Assembly (NCBI GenBank): GCA_029263115.1
Contig: JAJCYC010000269.1
Location: forward strand, 930-64,929
Direction of reading: 5' to 3'
Source: Pseudonocardia sp.
GTDB taxonomy: Bacteria > Actinomycetota > Actinomycetes > Mycobacteriales > Pseudonocardiaceae
DNA: 64,000 nt
Shown here: piece after piece, positions 7,086 through 15,770 of the stretch
Position numbering within the stretch: position 1 is the first letter of the stretch
Layout: the number at the start of each line of letters is the position of its first letter
Notes under the pieces: model-generated
What the model was told of the DNA's origin: nothing
The model's database searches: none
Seen by the model: only the letters and a program-made list of their open reading frames with translations
Position numbers and translations under genes: made by a program

Positions 7086-10000
7086 ATGTCGCTGCCGCTC
7101 TACTACTACGTGCTCGGCACGCCGCTGGGCATCCTCGGCCTGTTCCGCTGGGGTTGCTGGCTGATCCGCCGCATCCCGGCCGTGCTCTACCGGCCGGTCA
7201 CCGGCGACCACCGGCTGCCGATGACCATCGTCGTGCCCACCTACCAGGAGGACCCGCGGATCTTCGCCACCGCGATCGAGTCGTGGCTGGCGAACGGGGT
7301 CGAAGAGGTCATCCTGGTGATCGACGCCTCCGACGCCGTGTGCCAGGAGGTGGCCAGCCGCTACCCGGTGCGGGTGCTGATCACCGATGTGCCCGGCAAG
7401 CGCGACGCGCTGCGCATGGGGTGGAACGCCGCGCGCACCGAGCTGGTCGCGCTGGTCGACTCGGACACGATCTGGGCGCCCGACGTGGCGGCCGAGGTGT
7501 GCAAGCCGTTCGCCGACCCCCGCATCGGCGGTGTCGGCACTCGGCAGAACGTCTACGGCTCCAAGGGCTTCCTGACCCGGATCACCGACATGTTCCTGGA
7601 CCACCGCTACTTCGACGAGAACGCCAGCCAGAGCCTGCTCGGCCAGGCGGTCTCCTGCCTCTCGGGGCGCACCGCAATCTACCGTCGCGCGCTGCTGATG
7701 GAGATCGAGCACGAGTTCATGAACGAGACGTTCTGGGGCGTGCCGTGCCTGTCCGGTGACGACAAGCGGCTCACCACGCTGATCCTGGAGCGCGGGCACA
7801 AGACCTACATGCAGCGCACCGCCCAGGTGTGGTCGACCTTCCCCACCACCTGGAACATCTTCTTCAAGCAGCGGCTGCGCTGGGCCCGCAACACCTGGCG
7901 GTCCGACCTGCGCGCGCTGTCCAAGCCGTGGGTCTGGAAGCACAAGTTCCTCGCCTACACCATGATGGACAAGGGGATCAGCAGCTTCACCCTGCTGGTC
8001 GGACCGGCATTCATGATCTACTCGATCGCGGTCCAGAACTGGGTGTTCTGCGGCATCCTCGCCCTGTGGTGGCAGATCAGCCGGTCGGCGAAGCTCCTGC
8101 CGCACCTGCGCCGCCGCCCGTCGTCGTTCTTCCTGGTGCCGGGATACGTGATGGTGTCCTGGGTGATGGCGCTGATCAAGCTGTACGCCCTGCTCAGCAT
8201 CCGCAAGCAGCGTTGGCTGACCCGCGAGGTGGCCGTCGAGGGTGGCGCCGTGGTGCGTACCAGCCGGCCGGCAGAGCTCGGCGCGGGCGCCCCGCCGGAG
8301 TCGGTGACCGTGGAACTGGCCACCGGCGTGGCCGACAGCGCTGAACTGGTGTGCGTGGGCCCGGCGGCCGCCGAGCGGACGAGCAAGGGCACGGTCGGCG
8401 GCCTGCGGACCACGCTGGTGCTGCTGGTCGTGCTGGCACTGGTGGCGGCCTTCGCCTACCTCGTGCAGCCGGGGCGGACCCTGGTGGCCGCGCCGAAGTT
8501 GGTGTCATCCTTCTCGCTGGCTCCCGCATTGCAGCCCGACGACGGTGGTTCGGACTCCGGTTCCGGTGGTGGTTCGGACGGTGGTTCGGACTCCGGCTCC
8601 GGCGGTGGTTCGGACACCGGCTCCGGCGGTGGCTCCGACGACCCGACCACGTCGCCGCGCCCCACTACGCCGAAGCCGACCAAGGACGCGGCGGCCGAGG
8701 CGCTGAAGAAGCAGCAGAAGGCCGAGGCGAAGGCTCAGGAGCAGGCGGCCAAGCGGGCCCAGGAGGCGGCTCGCGAGCGGGCCGAGGCAGCCGCCGAGGC
8801 CGCAGCCGACCGGGCCCGGGCCCAGGCCCGCTCGGCGAAGGCCTGGGAGTCGCGTGGTCGTCCGGCCCGGATGATCGTGGTGCGCGACTTCGCCGTCGAG
8901 TCGGTGCAGGGCGGCCGTCTCGTGCAGCAGTCGGCCCGTCCGGGCGGCGCGCTGAACCTGGCCGTCATGGACCGGCTGGTGCCGGCCGACTGGCTGGTGA
9001 TGACCGGCGACCAGGCACGGCTGAACTCCGTGGTCACCATGACCCCGGGCAACACCCTGGACATCGGTGGGGTGAAGACCCTGCAGCTGACCGGTGGCCC
9101 GGCGCTGGCCGACGCCTCGTCGATCTACACCGGCAGCGGCCGGATCACCGCACGCGGCGTCACCGTCACCTCGGTGGACCCGGCGACCAACGAGCCGATG
9201 GCCGCAGGCGCCGGCCGGCCGTTCATCGTGGTCGCCCGCGGCGGTGGCATGGACGTCACCGACGCCACCTTCAGTGACCTCGGCACCGCGGTCACCGACC
9301 CGGAGAGCCGCAGCGGCGTGCAGTACAACGAGGGCGCCGGCGGCGTCCTGGAGCGCGCCACCTTCGTCCGCAACACCATCGGTCTGCGGCTGGCCCGCTC
9401 GCAGGGCGTGCGCCTGGACGGCATCACGGTCAAGGAGTCGGTCACCGACGGCCTCGAGCTCGACGGCGACCAGGGCACCACCCTGGCCGGCATCCTGGCC
9501 GAGAACAACGGGGCCAACGGCGTCCTGGTCAAGGGCGAGACCGCCGACCGGGTGCTCTCCGGGATCACCAGCTCCGGCAACGGCGAGTACGGCCTGTCGG
9601 TGGTTGGGCAGCAGAACCCGAAGATCCTCGGTGTGGCCACCGCGGCGGACAAGAACGGTGGTCTCCGGATCAACCGCTCGACCAACGCCCTGGTCGCCGA
9701 CTTCACCGCGACCGACCAGCCGATCGGTGTGTTCACCCACGTCGGCAGCACCGGCCTGGTGTTCGAGCGGGTGCGCATCGAGGGCGGCCGCCGGGGCATG
9801 GTCTTCGAGAAGTCCACCACCGGTGTCCTGGTCAAGGAGAGTTCGGTCGTCGGCGCCCGCTCGATCGGGGTGTCCATCGGTGGCAAGGAGATCACCCTCG
9901 ACCGGCTCACGGTCGACGGTGCCCGGACCGGGGTGCGCATCCAGCGGGGCGCGGACGGGATCCACACCACCGGGCTGACCGTCACCGGTGGCGAGGACGG

Positions 10001-10511
10001 CTTCGTGGCCAACCGGGGCAGCAACCGGGTGGTGCTGCGCGACTTCGTCGCCGAGGGCATCGGCAACGACGCGGTGCGTACCGCGAGCCCGGACGCCCAG
10101 ATCTCCAACGGCCGGATCACCGGCGCCGACACCGGGGTGACCGCCAGCGCGGCGGCCACCGTCGCCGACCTGGCGATCAACCAGGTCGAGACCGGTCTCC
10201 GTTCGCGGGCCGGCGCGACCACGGTCGCCGACCGGGTGTCCATCGCTGCTCTCAGCCTGGGCGTGGACGCGATACCCGGCTCCGTGGTGCAGCTCGGTGA
10301 GTCCCGCTCGCACGCCCTGCAGGCGATTCGCGGGGACGTGCGGTTGGTCGGCTTCAACGACTTGAGCCTGCCGCCGCTGAACGTGCTGGGCGCGATCGGC
10401 GTCCCGCTCGTACTGTTGGCCTTCCTGCTCGAGGTGTTCCACTCGTTCCGCCAGCGTCGGTTCGGCCGTGGCGGCCGCCGGCATCCGCCCACGCTTCAGG
10501 TAGGTGCATGA
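7086..10511 (+). CDS. Processive family-2 glycosyltransferase (hyaluronan-synthase/NodC-like) fused to an extracytoplasmic right-handed beta-helix domain with a C-terminal TM anchor
   Basis: In ORF 6807..10511; likely start ATG 7086 (MSLPLYYYVLG..., TM helix). GT2 motifs: VVPTYQED, LVDSDTIW, SGDDKRLT, QRLRWARN. Several TM helices follow, then a (GGSDSGS)n linker, a Pro/Thr stretch, a K/A/E-rich helix, about 550 aa of PbH1-type repeats (NNGANGVLV, GNGEYGLSV, KNGGLRI...) and a final TM helix LGAIGVPLVLLAFLLEVF. Confidence 0.85.
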   Translation: MSLPLYYYVLGTPLGILGLFRWGCWLIRRIPAVLYRPVTGDHRLPMTIVVPTYQEDPRIFATAIESWLANGVEEVILVIDASDAVCQEVASRYPVRVLITDVPGKRDALRMGWNAARTELVALVDSDTIWAPDVAAEVCKPFADPRIGGVGTRQNVYGSKGFLTRITDMFLDHRYFDENASQSLLGQAVSCLSGRTAIYRRALLMEIEHEFMNETFWGVPCLSGDDKRLTTLILERGHKTYMQRTAQVWSTFPTTWNIFFKQRLRWARNTWRSDLRALSKPWVWKHKFLAYTMMDKGISSFTLLVGPAFMIYSIAVQNWVFCGILALWWQISRSAKLLPHLRRRPSSFFLVPGYVMVSWVMALIKLYALLSIRKQRWLTREVAVEGGAVVRTSRPAELGAGAPPESVTVELATGVADSAELVCVGPAAAERTSKGTVGGLRTTLVLLVVLALVAAFAYLVQPGRTLVAAPKLVSSFSLAPALQPDDGGSDSGSGGGSDGGSDSGSGGGSDTGSGGGSDDPTTSPRPTTPKPTKDAAAEALKKQQKAEAKAQEQAAKRAQEAARERAEAAAEAAADRARAQARSAKAWESRGRPARMIVVRDFAVESVQGGRLVQQSARPGGALNLAVMDRLVPADWLVMTGDQARLNSVVTMTPGNTLDIGGVKTLQLTGGPALADASSIYTGSGRITARGVTVTSVDPATNEPMAAGAGRPFIVVARGGGMDVTDATFSDLGTAVTDPESRSGVQYNEGAGGVLERATFVRNTIGLRLARSQGVRLDGITVKESVTDGLELDGDQGTTLAGILAENNGANGVLVKGETADRVLSGITSSGNGEYGLSVVGQQNPKILGVATAADKNGGLRINRSTNALVADFTATDQPIGVFTHVGSTGLVFERVRIEGGRRGMVFEKSTTGVLVKESSVVGARSIGVSIGGKEITLDRLTVDGARTGVRIQRGADGIHTTGLTVTGGEDGFVANRGSNRVVLRDFVAEGIGNDAVRTASPDAQISNGRITGADTGVTASAAATVADLAINQVETGLRSRAGATTVADRVSIAALSLGVDAIPGSVVQLGESRSHALQAIRGDVRLVGFNDLSLPPLNVLGAIGVPLVLLAFLLEVFHSFRQRRFGRGGRRHPPTLQVGA
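8538..8642 (+). repeat. Coding tandem repeat (Gly/Ser/Asp linker)
   Basis: ggtggttcggac(tcc/acc)ggytccggyggt units encode DDGGSDSGSGGGSDGGSDSGSGGGSDTGSGGGSDD. Confidence 0.85.
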
Positions 10512-12013
10512 TGCGCGCTCCGTTCCGCAGGCTCGCGGTGCTGGCCGTCCCCGCAGTGCTCGCCTTCGGGCTGCTGGCCGCCGGGTGCGCCAAGCCGGAC
10601 GTGCCGTTCACCGCCCGCGAGGTCGCGGCGGCCGGCACCATCGATCCGGCCGGGCCGTGCATCCGGGCCGGCGCGGGCGTGGCCGGCGCCGCCGGTCTCC
10701 AGGTGGCCCCGGCTCCCCAGACCGCACCGGCCGATCCGGCCGCGCAGCCGGCACCGGCCGATCCGGCGGCGCAGCCGGCACCGGCCGATCCGGCCGCCGG
10801 CGCGGTCGAGCAGCCGGCACCGGCGGTGGCGTCGGCGCCTGCCGCACAGCCGGCGCCGGTGCCCCCGTCCACCCCGGCGGTGGCCCGGTTCGCGGCCGGG
10901 GTGATCACCCTCAGCGGTGGCGAGCGGGTCACGCTGGCCGAGCTGGCCCGCGCGGTGCGCAACCCCGAGGCGTTGCGCGAGCTGGCGCCCGGCGAGTGGT
11001 TCCTCGGCGCCGACCTGGTGGTCCTGCCGGGCGCGTCGGTCCGGATCGCCGGGCCCGAGGCCCGCTGGCTGAAGCTGCGCAGCGAGCCCACCCGGTTCGT
11101 CTCGATCAAGATGCTGGGCGGCGGGCTGGACGTCAGCGGCACCTGCGTCACCTCGTGGGACCCCGGCGCGCAGCGCACCGACGTCGACTACAACGACGGC
11201 CGGGCGTTCCTGCTGGCCCGCGACGGCGGCGCGATGACCGTCGACCGGTCCGAGGTCCGCTACCTGGGCAACGCCACCGTCGAGTCCTACGGCCTGTCCT
11301 GGCGGGTGTCCGGCACCCGCGGCGCGCTCACCAACAGCGACGTGTCACACCTGTACTTCGGGCTCTACTCCCACCAGAACGACGGGCTGGTGGTCCGGGA
11401 CAACGAGATCCACGGCAACGTGCTGTACGGCATCGATCCGCACACCGAATCGCGCAACATGATCATCGAGCGCAACGTGGTGCACGACAACGGCAAGCAC
11501 GGGATCATCCTCGCCGAGGACTGTGTGGACAGCGTCATCCGCGACAACATCGTCTACCGCAACGGCCACCACGGGATCGTGCTCTACCAGGGCTCCGACC
11601 GGAACACGGTGGAGAACAACGAGTCGTTCCTGAACACCGTGCAGGGCATCAACGTCAACGAGTCGGCCGACAACATCGTCCGGGGCAACAAGGTCTACCG
11701 GAACAAGGAGTCCGGGATCGGCGTCGGCCAGACGTCGCACCGCAACCTGGTCGACCTCAACCAGATCCGGGACAACAAGCAGGACGGCGTGCGGCTGGTC
11801 AGCGAGGCCGAGCAGAACACCGTGCGCGGCAACACCATCGCCGGCAACGCCCGCTACGGGATCTACATCGACGGCGACGGCGGGTTCGAAGTCACCGACA
11901 ACCTGATCTACGGCAGCCGGATCGGGGTGATGCTCAAGGGCACCGAGCGCCAGCCCGACGGCGACAACTCGATGCGCGACAACCTCGAGGCGGACGTCAA
12001 GGTCCAGTCCTGA
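10508..12013 (+). CDS. Lipoprotein with right-handed beta-helix, AlgE/AlgG-type (mannuronan) C5-epimerase-like
   Basis: The ATG overlaps the upstream stop (ATGA). Signal peptide plus lipobox LLAAGC. Core YGIDPHTESRNMIIERNVVHDNGKHGIILAEDC followed by repeated N-x-V-x-x-N turns. As I recall, this closely resembles the YGFDPHE...AHDNGLDG active-site region of alginate epimerases. Confidence 0.75.
   Translation: MMRAPFRRLAVLAVPAVLAFGLLAAGCAKPDVPFTAREVAAAGTIDPAGPCIRAGAGVAGAAGLQVAPAPQTAPADPAAQPAPADPAAQPAPADPAAGAVEQPAPAVASAPAAQPAPVPPSTPAVARFAAGVITLSGGERVTLAELARAVRNPEALRELAPGEWFLGADLVVLPGASVRIAGPEARWLKLRSEPTRFVSIKMLGGGLDVSGTCVTSWDPGAQRTDVDYNDGRAFLLARDGGAMTVDRSEVRYLGNATVESYGLSWRVSGTRGALTNSDVSHLYFGLYSHQNDGLVVRDNEIHGNVLYGIDPHTESRNMIIERNVVHDNGKHGIILAEDCVDSVIRDNIVYRNGHHGIVLYQGSDRNTVENNESFLNTVQGINVNESADNIVRGNKVYRNKESGIGVGQTSHRNLVDLNQIRDNKQDGVRLVSEAEQNTVRGNTIAGNARYGIYIDGDGGFEVTDNLIYGSRIGVMLKGTERQPDGDNSMRDNLEADVKVQS
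10724..10797 (+). repeat. 27-bp coding tandem repeat (APADPAAQP x about 3)
   Basis: gcaccggccgatccggc(c/g)gcgcagccg is repeated at 10724, 10751 and 10778 (the last copy is partial). Confidence 0.85.
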
Positions 12014-12060
12014 CCAGTCCAGGCCCCGCTCCCGCTGGTGGGCGGGGGGCTGCGGCCGGG

Positions 12061-13308
12061 CTACTCGGTGAGCGGGTTGAGCGGCGCGGCCGGCGCGGGC
12101 GGGTCGCCCAGCAGCGGCAGTCGCAACGCGGATCCGGCCGTGTACCGGTCCCACGGCACCAGCCAGTCGGAGATGTCGCCGTCGCCCCGGGTGAGCGGCT
12201 TGGCGGAGCCCACGATGTTCACCGGGTCGCCGATCTGCACCCAGTCGTAGAATGCCCGCCCGTTGGCCGGGGAAAGGTTCACACAGCCGTGCGAGACGTT
12301 GCGGCGGCCCTGGTCGCGCACGGTCGCGCCGTTGACATGCACGAACTCCCCGTTCGCGGAGATGCGCACGGCCAGCGGCAGGACCTGGTCGTAGAAGCCG
12401 GGCTCGCCCTCCCGGGGCCCGCCCCAGCTGGCCGAGCGCATCCGCTTGGTCGCGTGCTTCTCGAAGGCCACGTGCACGCCGCTCTGCGTGGGGTACTGCG
12501 CCCGGCCGAAGGACGCCGGCATGGTGCGGACCGGCTTGCCGTCACTGAACAGGGTCAAGGTGTGCCGGTTGACGTCGCCGACCGCCTCCTGGCGCCGGCC
12601 CACGGTGAACGCCGAGACCTCGTCCGCCGCGCCGAACGTGCCGGCACCGGCGTCCAGCCCGCGCAGCGTCGAGCGCACGGTCACCGTCGTACCGGGCGCC
12701 CAGAACTCCTTGGGTCGCCAGTTGACCTGGTCGTCGGCCACCCAGTTGAACGATCCCTCGGTGGGTGCGGTCGGCACGACCGCGAGCCGGCGCTCCACCG
12801 CCGCCTTGTCGCGTACCGGGTGGTTGAAGTAGATCGAGATCGGCATCGCCACGCCGACCGTCTGGCCGTTGCCGGGGCGGACGGCGTCCACCTCGAGCGT
12901 GCGGGCCGGCTTCACCGTGCGGAAGACGCTGCTCAGCGCCGGGATCGGCCGGCCCTCGGAGCCCATGCCGGTGGCGGTGACGGTGTAGAGGGTGTTGTAG
13001 GACAGCGCCCGGGAGGTCCAGCGGGTGCGGTCCGCGCTGAGCGTGCCAGGCAGTGGCCGCCCGCCGCCGGTGACCGTCACCGTGGTCAGCGTGCCGCCGA
13101 CCGCGCTGACGACCAGCGGCGCGGCCACCCCGATCGCCTCGGCCCCGGCGGGCACCGACGCCCGCAGCAGTGGCACCGGCGCGCGCTGGGTGACGCCGTA
13201 GCGGCCGGCCCCGGCCTCGGCCGTCGCGCAGCCGGCGACCGTGGCCGAGGTCATGGTGACCAGGACCGCGCTGGCCAGCACGCAGCGCAGGGCCCTCGTA
13301 TCGCGCAC
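12061..13308 (-). CDS. L,D-transpeptidase lipoprotein (YkuD domain, LdtMt2-like)
   Basis: 415 aa. Lipobox TVAGC, Ig-like N-terminal domains, and the catalytic motif SHGCVNLSPANGRAFYDWV. Confidence 0.9.
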   Translation of the reverse strand: MRDTRALRCVLASAVLVTMTSATVAGCATAEAGAGRYGVTQRAPVPLLRASVPAGAEAIGVAAPLVVSAVGGTLTTVTVTGGGRPLPGTLSADRTRWTSRALSYNTLYTVTATGMGSEGRPIPALSSVFRTVKPARTLEVDAVRPGNGQTVGVAMPISIYFNHPVRDKAAVERRLAVVPTAPTEGSFNWVADDQVNWRPKEFWAPGTTVTVRSTLRGLDAGAGTFGAADEVSAFTVGRRQEAVGDVNRHTLTLFSDGKPVRTMPASFGRAQYPTQSGVHVAFEKHATKRMRSASWGGPREGEPGFYDQVLPLAVRISANGEFVHVNGATVRDQGRRNVSHGCVNLSPANGRAFYDWVQIGDPVNIVGSAKPLTRGDGDISDWLVPWDRYTAGSALRLPLLGDPPAPAAPLNPLTE

Positions 13309-13484
13309 GGTGCGTTCCCCCTCGTACTCTCGATCACAAGATCGAGCTACTGAACCTTCGCAGGATGACGAGCAATCGTCACTCTTAGGCCACAGAAAGT
13401 ATCTCGATCGGGCAGCAATCGGGTGAACCGACGCGCCACGGGGGTTCTCAGGCCACTCTAAGCCGCCAGGTTCACACTGGCGTC

Positions 13485-14174
13485 ATGCGGATCCTCGTGG
13501 TCGACGACGACCGGGCGGTGCGGGAGTCCTTGCGCCGTTCGCTGGCGTTCAACGGCTACCAGGTGGAGCTGGCCCACGACGGACAGGCCGCGATGGCGGT
13601 GATCGACTCGGCCCGACCGGACGCGATGGTGCTCGACGTGATGATGCCCCGGCTGGACGGGCTGGAGGTGTGCCGGCGGTTGCGCGGGGCCGGCGACGAC
13701 CTGCCGATCCTGGTGCTCACCGCCCGGGACGCGGTGTCCGACCGGGTGGCCGGGCTGGACGCAGGCGCGGACGACTACCTGCCCAAGCCGTTCGCCCTGG
13801 AGGAGCTGCTGGCCCGGCTGCGGGCCCTGCTGCGTCGGCGGGTGCCCCCCGGTGGCGTCGAGCGGCCGAACGAGACGCTGCGATTCGCCGACCTGTCGCT
13901 GGACCCGGACACCCGCGACGTGCTGCGGGCCGACCGCCGGATCACCCTCACCCGGACGGAGTTCTCCCTCCTGGAGCTGCTGCTGGCCAATCCCCGCCGG
14001 GTGCTCAGTCGGGGCCGCATCCTCGAGGACGTGTGGGGCTACGACTTCCCGACCACCGGCAACGCGCTGGAGGTCTACATCGGCTACCTGCGCCGCAAGA
14101 CCGAGGAGGCCGGCGAGGCCCGGTTGATCCACACCGTGCGCGGAGTCGGCTACGTCCTACGCGAGGGCCAGTGA
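13485..14174 (+). CDS. mprA: OmpR-family response regulator MprA
   Basis: [36 protein letters not shown]...; receiver plus winged-helix domains. Synteny mprA-mprB-pepD. Confidence 0.85.
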   Translation: MRILVVDDDRAVRESLRRSLAFNGYQVELAHDGQAAMAVIDSARPDAMVLDVMMPRLDGLEVCRRLRGAGDDLPILVLTARDAVSDRVAGLDAGADDYLPKPFALEELLARLRALLRRRVPPGGVERPNETLRFADLSLDPDTRDVLRADRRITLTRTEFSLLELLLANPRRVLSRGRILEDVWGYDFPTTGNALEVYIGYLRRKTEEAGEARLIHTVRGVGYVLREGQ

Positions 14175-14190
14175 GCCACCCGCCACCCAC

Positions 14191-14251
14191 GCGGTCGAAT
14201 GAGCGGGCCCGTTGGCCCCCGGTGGCGCCCCGGGCGGTCGAATGAGCGGGC
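14191..14251 (+). repeat. Diverged 43-bp tandem duplication carrying the mprB start (18-nt identical cores)
   Basis: gcggtcgaatgagcgggc occurs at 14191-14208 and at 14234-14251. Each copy contains an ATG, and only the second ATG (14242) is in the kinase frame. Confidence 0.85.
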
Positions 14252-15687
14252 TTGTGCCGCGGGTGGGCCGGCCCCCCCGCCAGTTGTCGCTGCGGATGCG
14301 GATCGCGTTGTTGGCCGCGGTGATGGTGGGGTTGGCGGCGGCGGGGGTGTCGGCGGCCGCGTTCTACGTGGTGCGCGGCGCGCTGTACGCCGACCTCGAC
14401 GACCAGCTGCGCCAGCGGGCCGCCACCGTGGTGGCCAGCGGCGTCGGACAGCGGCCGCAGACCCTGCCGGACGCGGCGCTCTACGGCTCCGACATCCGGG
14501 TCGAGCTGGTGGACGCCCAGGGCGGCGGGTTCCTGATCCGCAACATGCCGCCGCCCCCGGTGGGCCGCGAGGAGCTGGCGGTGGCGGCCTCGCAGGCGGT
14601 CACCTCGCTGCGCACCGTGCACGACATGCGGGTGCTCGCGGTGCCGGCCGGCGGTGGCAGCAACCTGGCGCTGATCCTGGCCCAGCCGATGCACCCGGTG
14701 CGGCACACGCTGGCCGGGTTGTCGGCGGTGCTGCTGCTGGTCGGCGGGGCCGGGGTGGTGCTGGCCGCGGTGGCCGGCGCCACGGTGGCCGGCGCGGGGC
14801 TGCGCCCGGTGCAGCGGCTGACCGCGGCCACCGAGCGGGTGGCCAGCACCGGCGACCTGACCCCGATCCCGGTCAGCGGCAGCGACGAGCTGGCCCGCCT
14901 CACGCACAGCTTCAACGCGATGCTCGGCGCGGTCGCGGCCTCCCAGGAGCAGCAGCGCCGGCTGGTCGCCGACGCCGGCCACGAGCTGCGCACCCCGCTG
15001 ACGTCGCTGCGCACCAACGTCGAGCTGCTGGTCGCGGCCGGCGACGGCGCCGCGGCCGGCGTCGGGGCGTCAGCGCGGGACGGTGCCGAGGTGGAGGACG
15101 GGGCCCGGTCGGGCGGCTCGCTGTCCGAGACCGACCGCAAGGAGATCTACGACGACGTGCGGGCCCAGATCGAGGAGCTGACCACGCTGGTCGGCGACCT
15201 CGTCGAGCTGGCCAGGGCGGACGCCCCGGAGACCGGGCACGAGCCGGTGGAGTTGACCGAGGTGGTGGAGCGCGCGCTGCAACGCGCCCGCCGCCGGGTC
15301 GCCGACGTGCGCTTCGAGACCGCGTTACGACCGTGGGTGGTGTCCGGGGACTCCACCGCGCTGGAGCGGGCGGTGCTCAACCTGCTGGACAACGCGGCAA
15401 AGTGGAGCCCGCCGGGTGGCCTGGTCCGGATCGACCTGACCCTGGACGGTCCGGGCTGGTCGGTGCTGCGGGTGCTCGACGAGGGACCCGGCATCGCCGA
15501 GACCGACCTGCCGCTGGTGTTCGACCGGTTCTACCGGGCCACCGAGGACCGGTGCCGGCCGGGATCCGGTCTCGGGTTGGCGATCGTCAAGCAGGTCGCC
15601 GAGCGGCACGGCGGCACGGTACGTGCCGGGCGCGGACCCTCCGGCGGTGCGCTGCTGGCACTGCGCCTGCCCGGCGGCCCCGGATGA
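14242..15687 (+). CDS. mprB: Sensor histidine kinase MprB
   Basis: Frame of ORF 14212..15687. TM, HAMP, H-box ADAGHELRTPLTSL, N/G boxes LLDNAAKWSP and DEGPGI...GSGLGLAIV. The start is taken at ATG 14242 (MSGLVPRVGRPPRQLSLRMRIALLAAV). Confidence 0.85.
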   Translation: MSGLVPRVGRPPRQLSLRMRIALLAAVMVGLAAAGVSAAAFYVVRGALYADLDDQLRQRAATVVASGVGQRPQTLPDAALYGSDIRVELVDAQGGGFLIRNMPPPPVGREELAVAASQAVTSLRTVHDMRVLAVPAGGGSNLALILAQPMHPVRHTLAGLSAVLLLVGGAGVVLAAVAGATVAGAGLRPVQRLTAATERVASTGDLTPIPVSGSDELARLTHSFNAMLGAVAASQEQQRRLVADAGHELRTPLTSLRTNVELLVAAGDGAAAGVGASARDGAEVEDGARSGGSLSETDRKEIYDDVRAQIEELTTLVGDLVELARADAPETGHEPVELTEVVERALQRARRRVADVRFETALRPWVVSGDSTALERAVLNLLDNAAKWSPPGGLVRIDLTLDGPGWSVLRVLDEGPGIAETDLPLVFDRFYRATEDRCRPGSGLGLAIVKQVAERHGGTVRAGRGPSGGALLALRLPGGPG

Positions 15688-15770
15688 CCGATCGCCCGAC
15701 CGCGTGAGCATTTGTGCGGGCCGCGCCCTACGCTGGGGGCTTCCCCGATTCGTTGAACCACGGTGAGGGT

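Noticed and set aside
8538-10800. Tandem repeats as a possible CRISPR or other array
   Set aside because: All repeats are in-frame coding low-complexity linkers (GSD, APADPAAQP). They have no spacers of unique sequence and no cas genes.
12022-12050. Bidirectional terminator between the epimerase-like gene and the L,D-transpeptidase
   Set aside because: Only a 6-bp ccccgc/gcgggg stem with a 12-nt loop and no U-tract; too weak to call.
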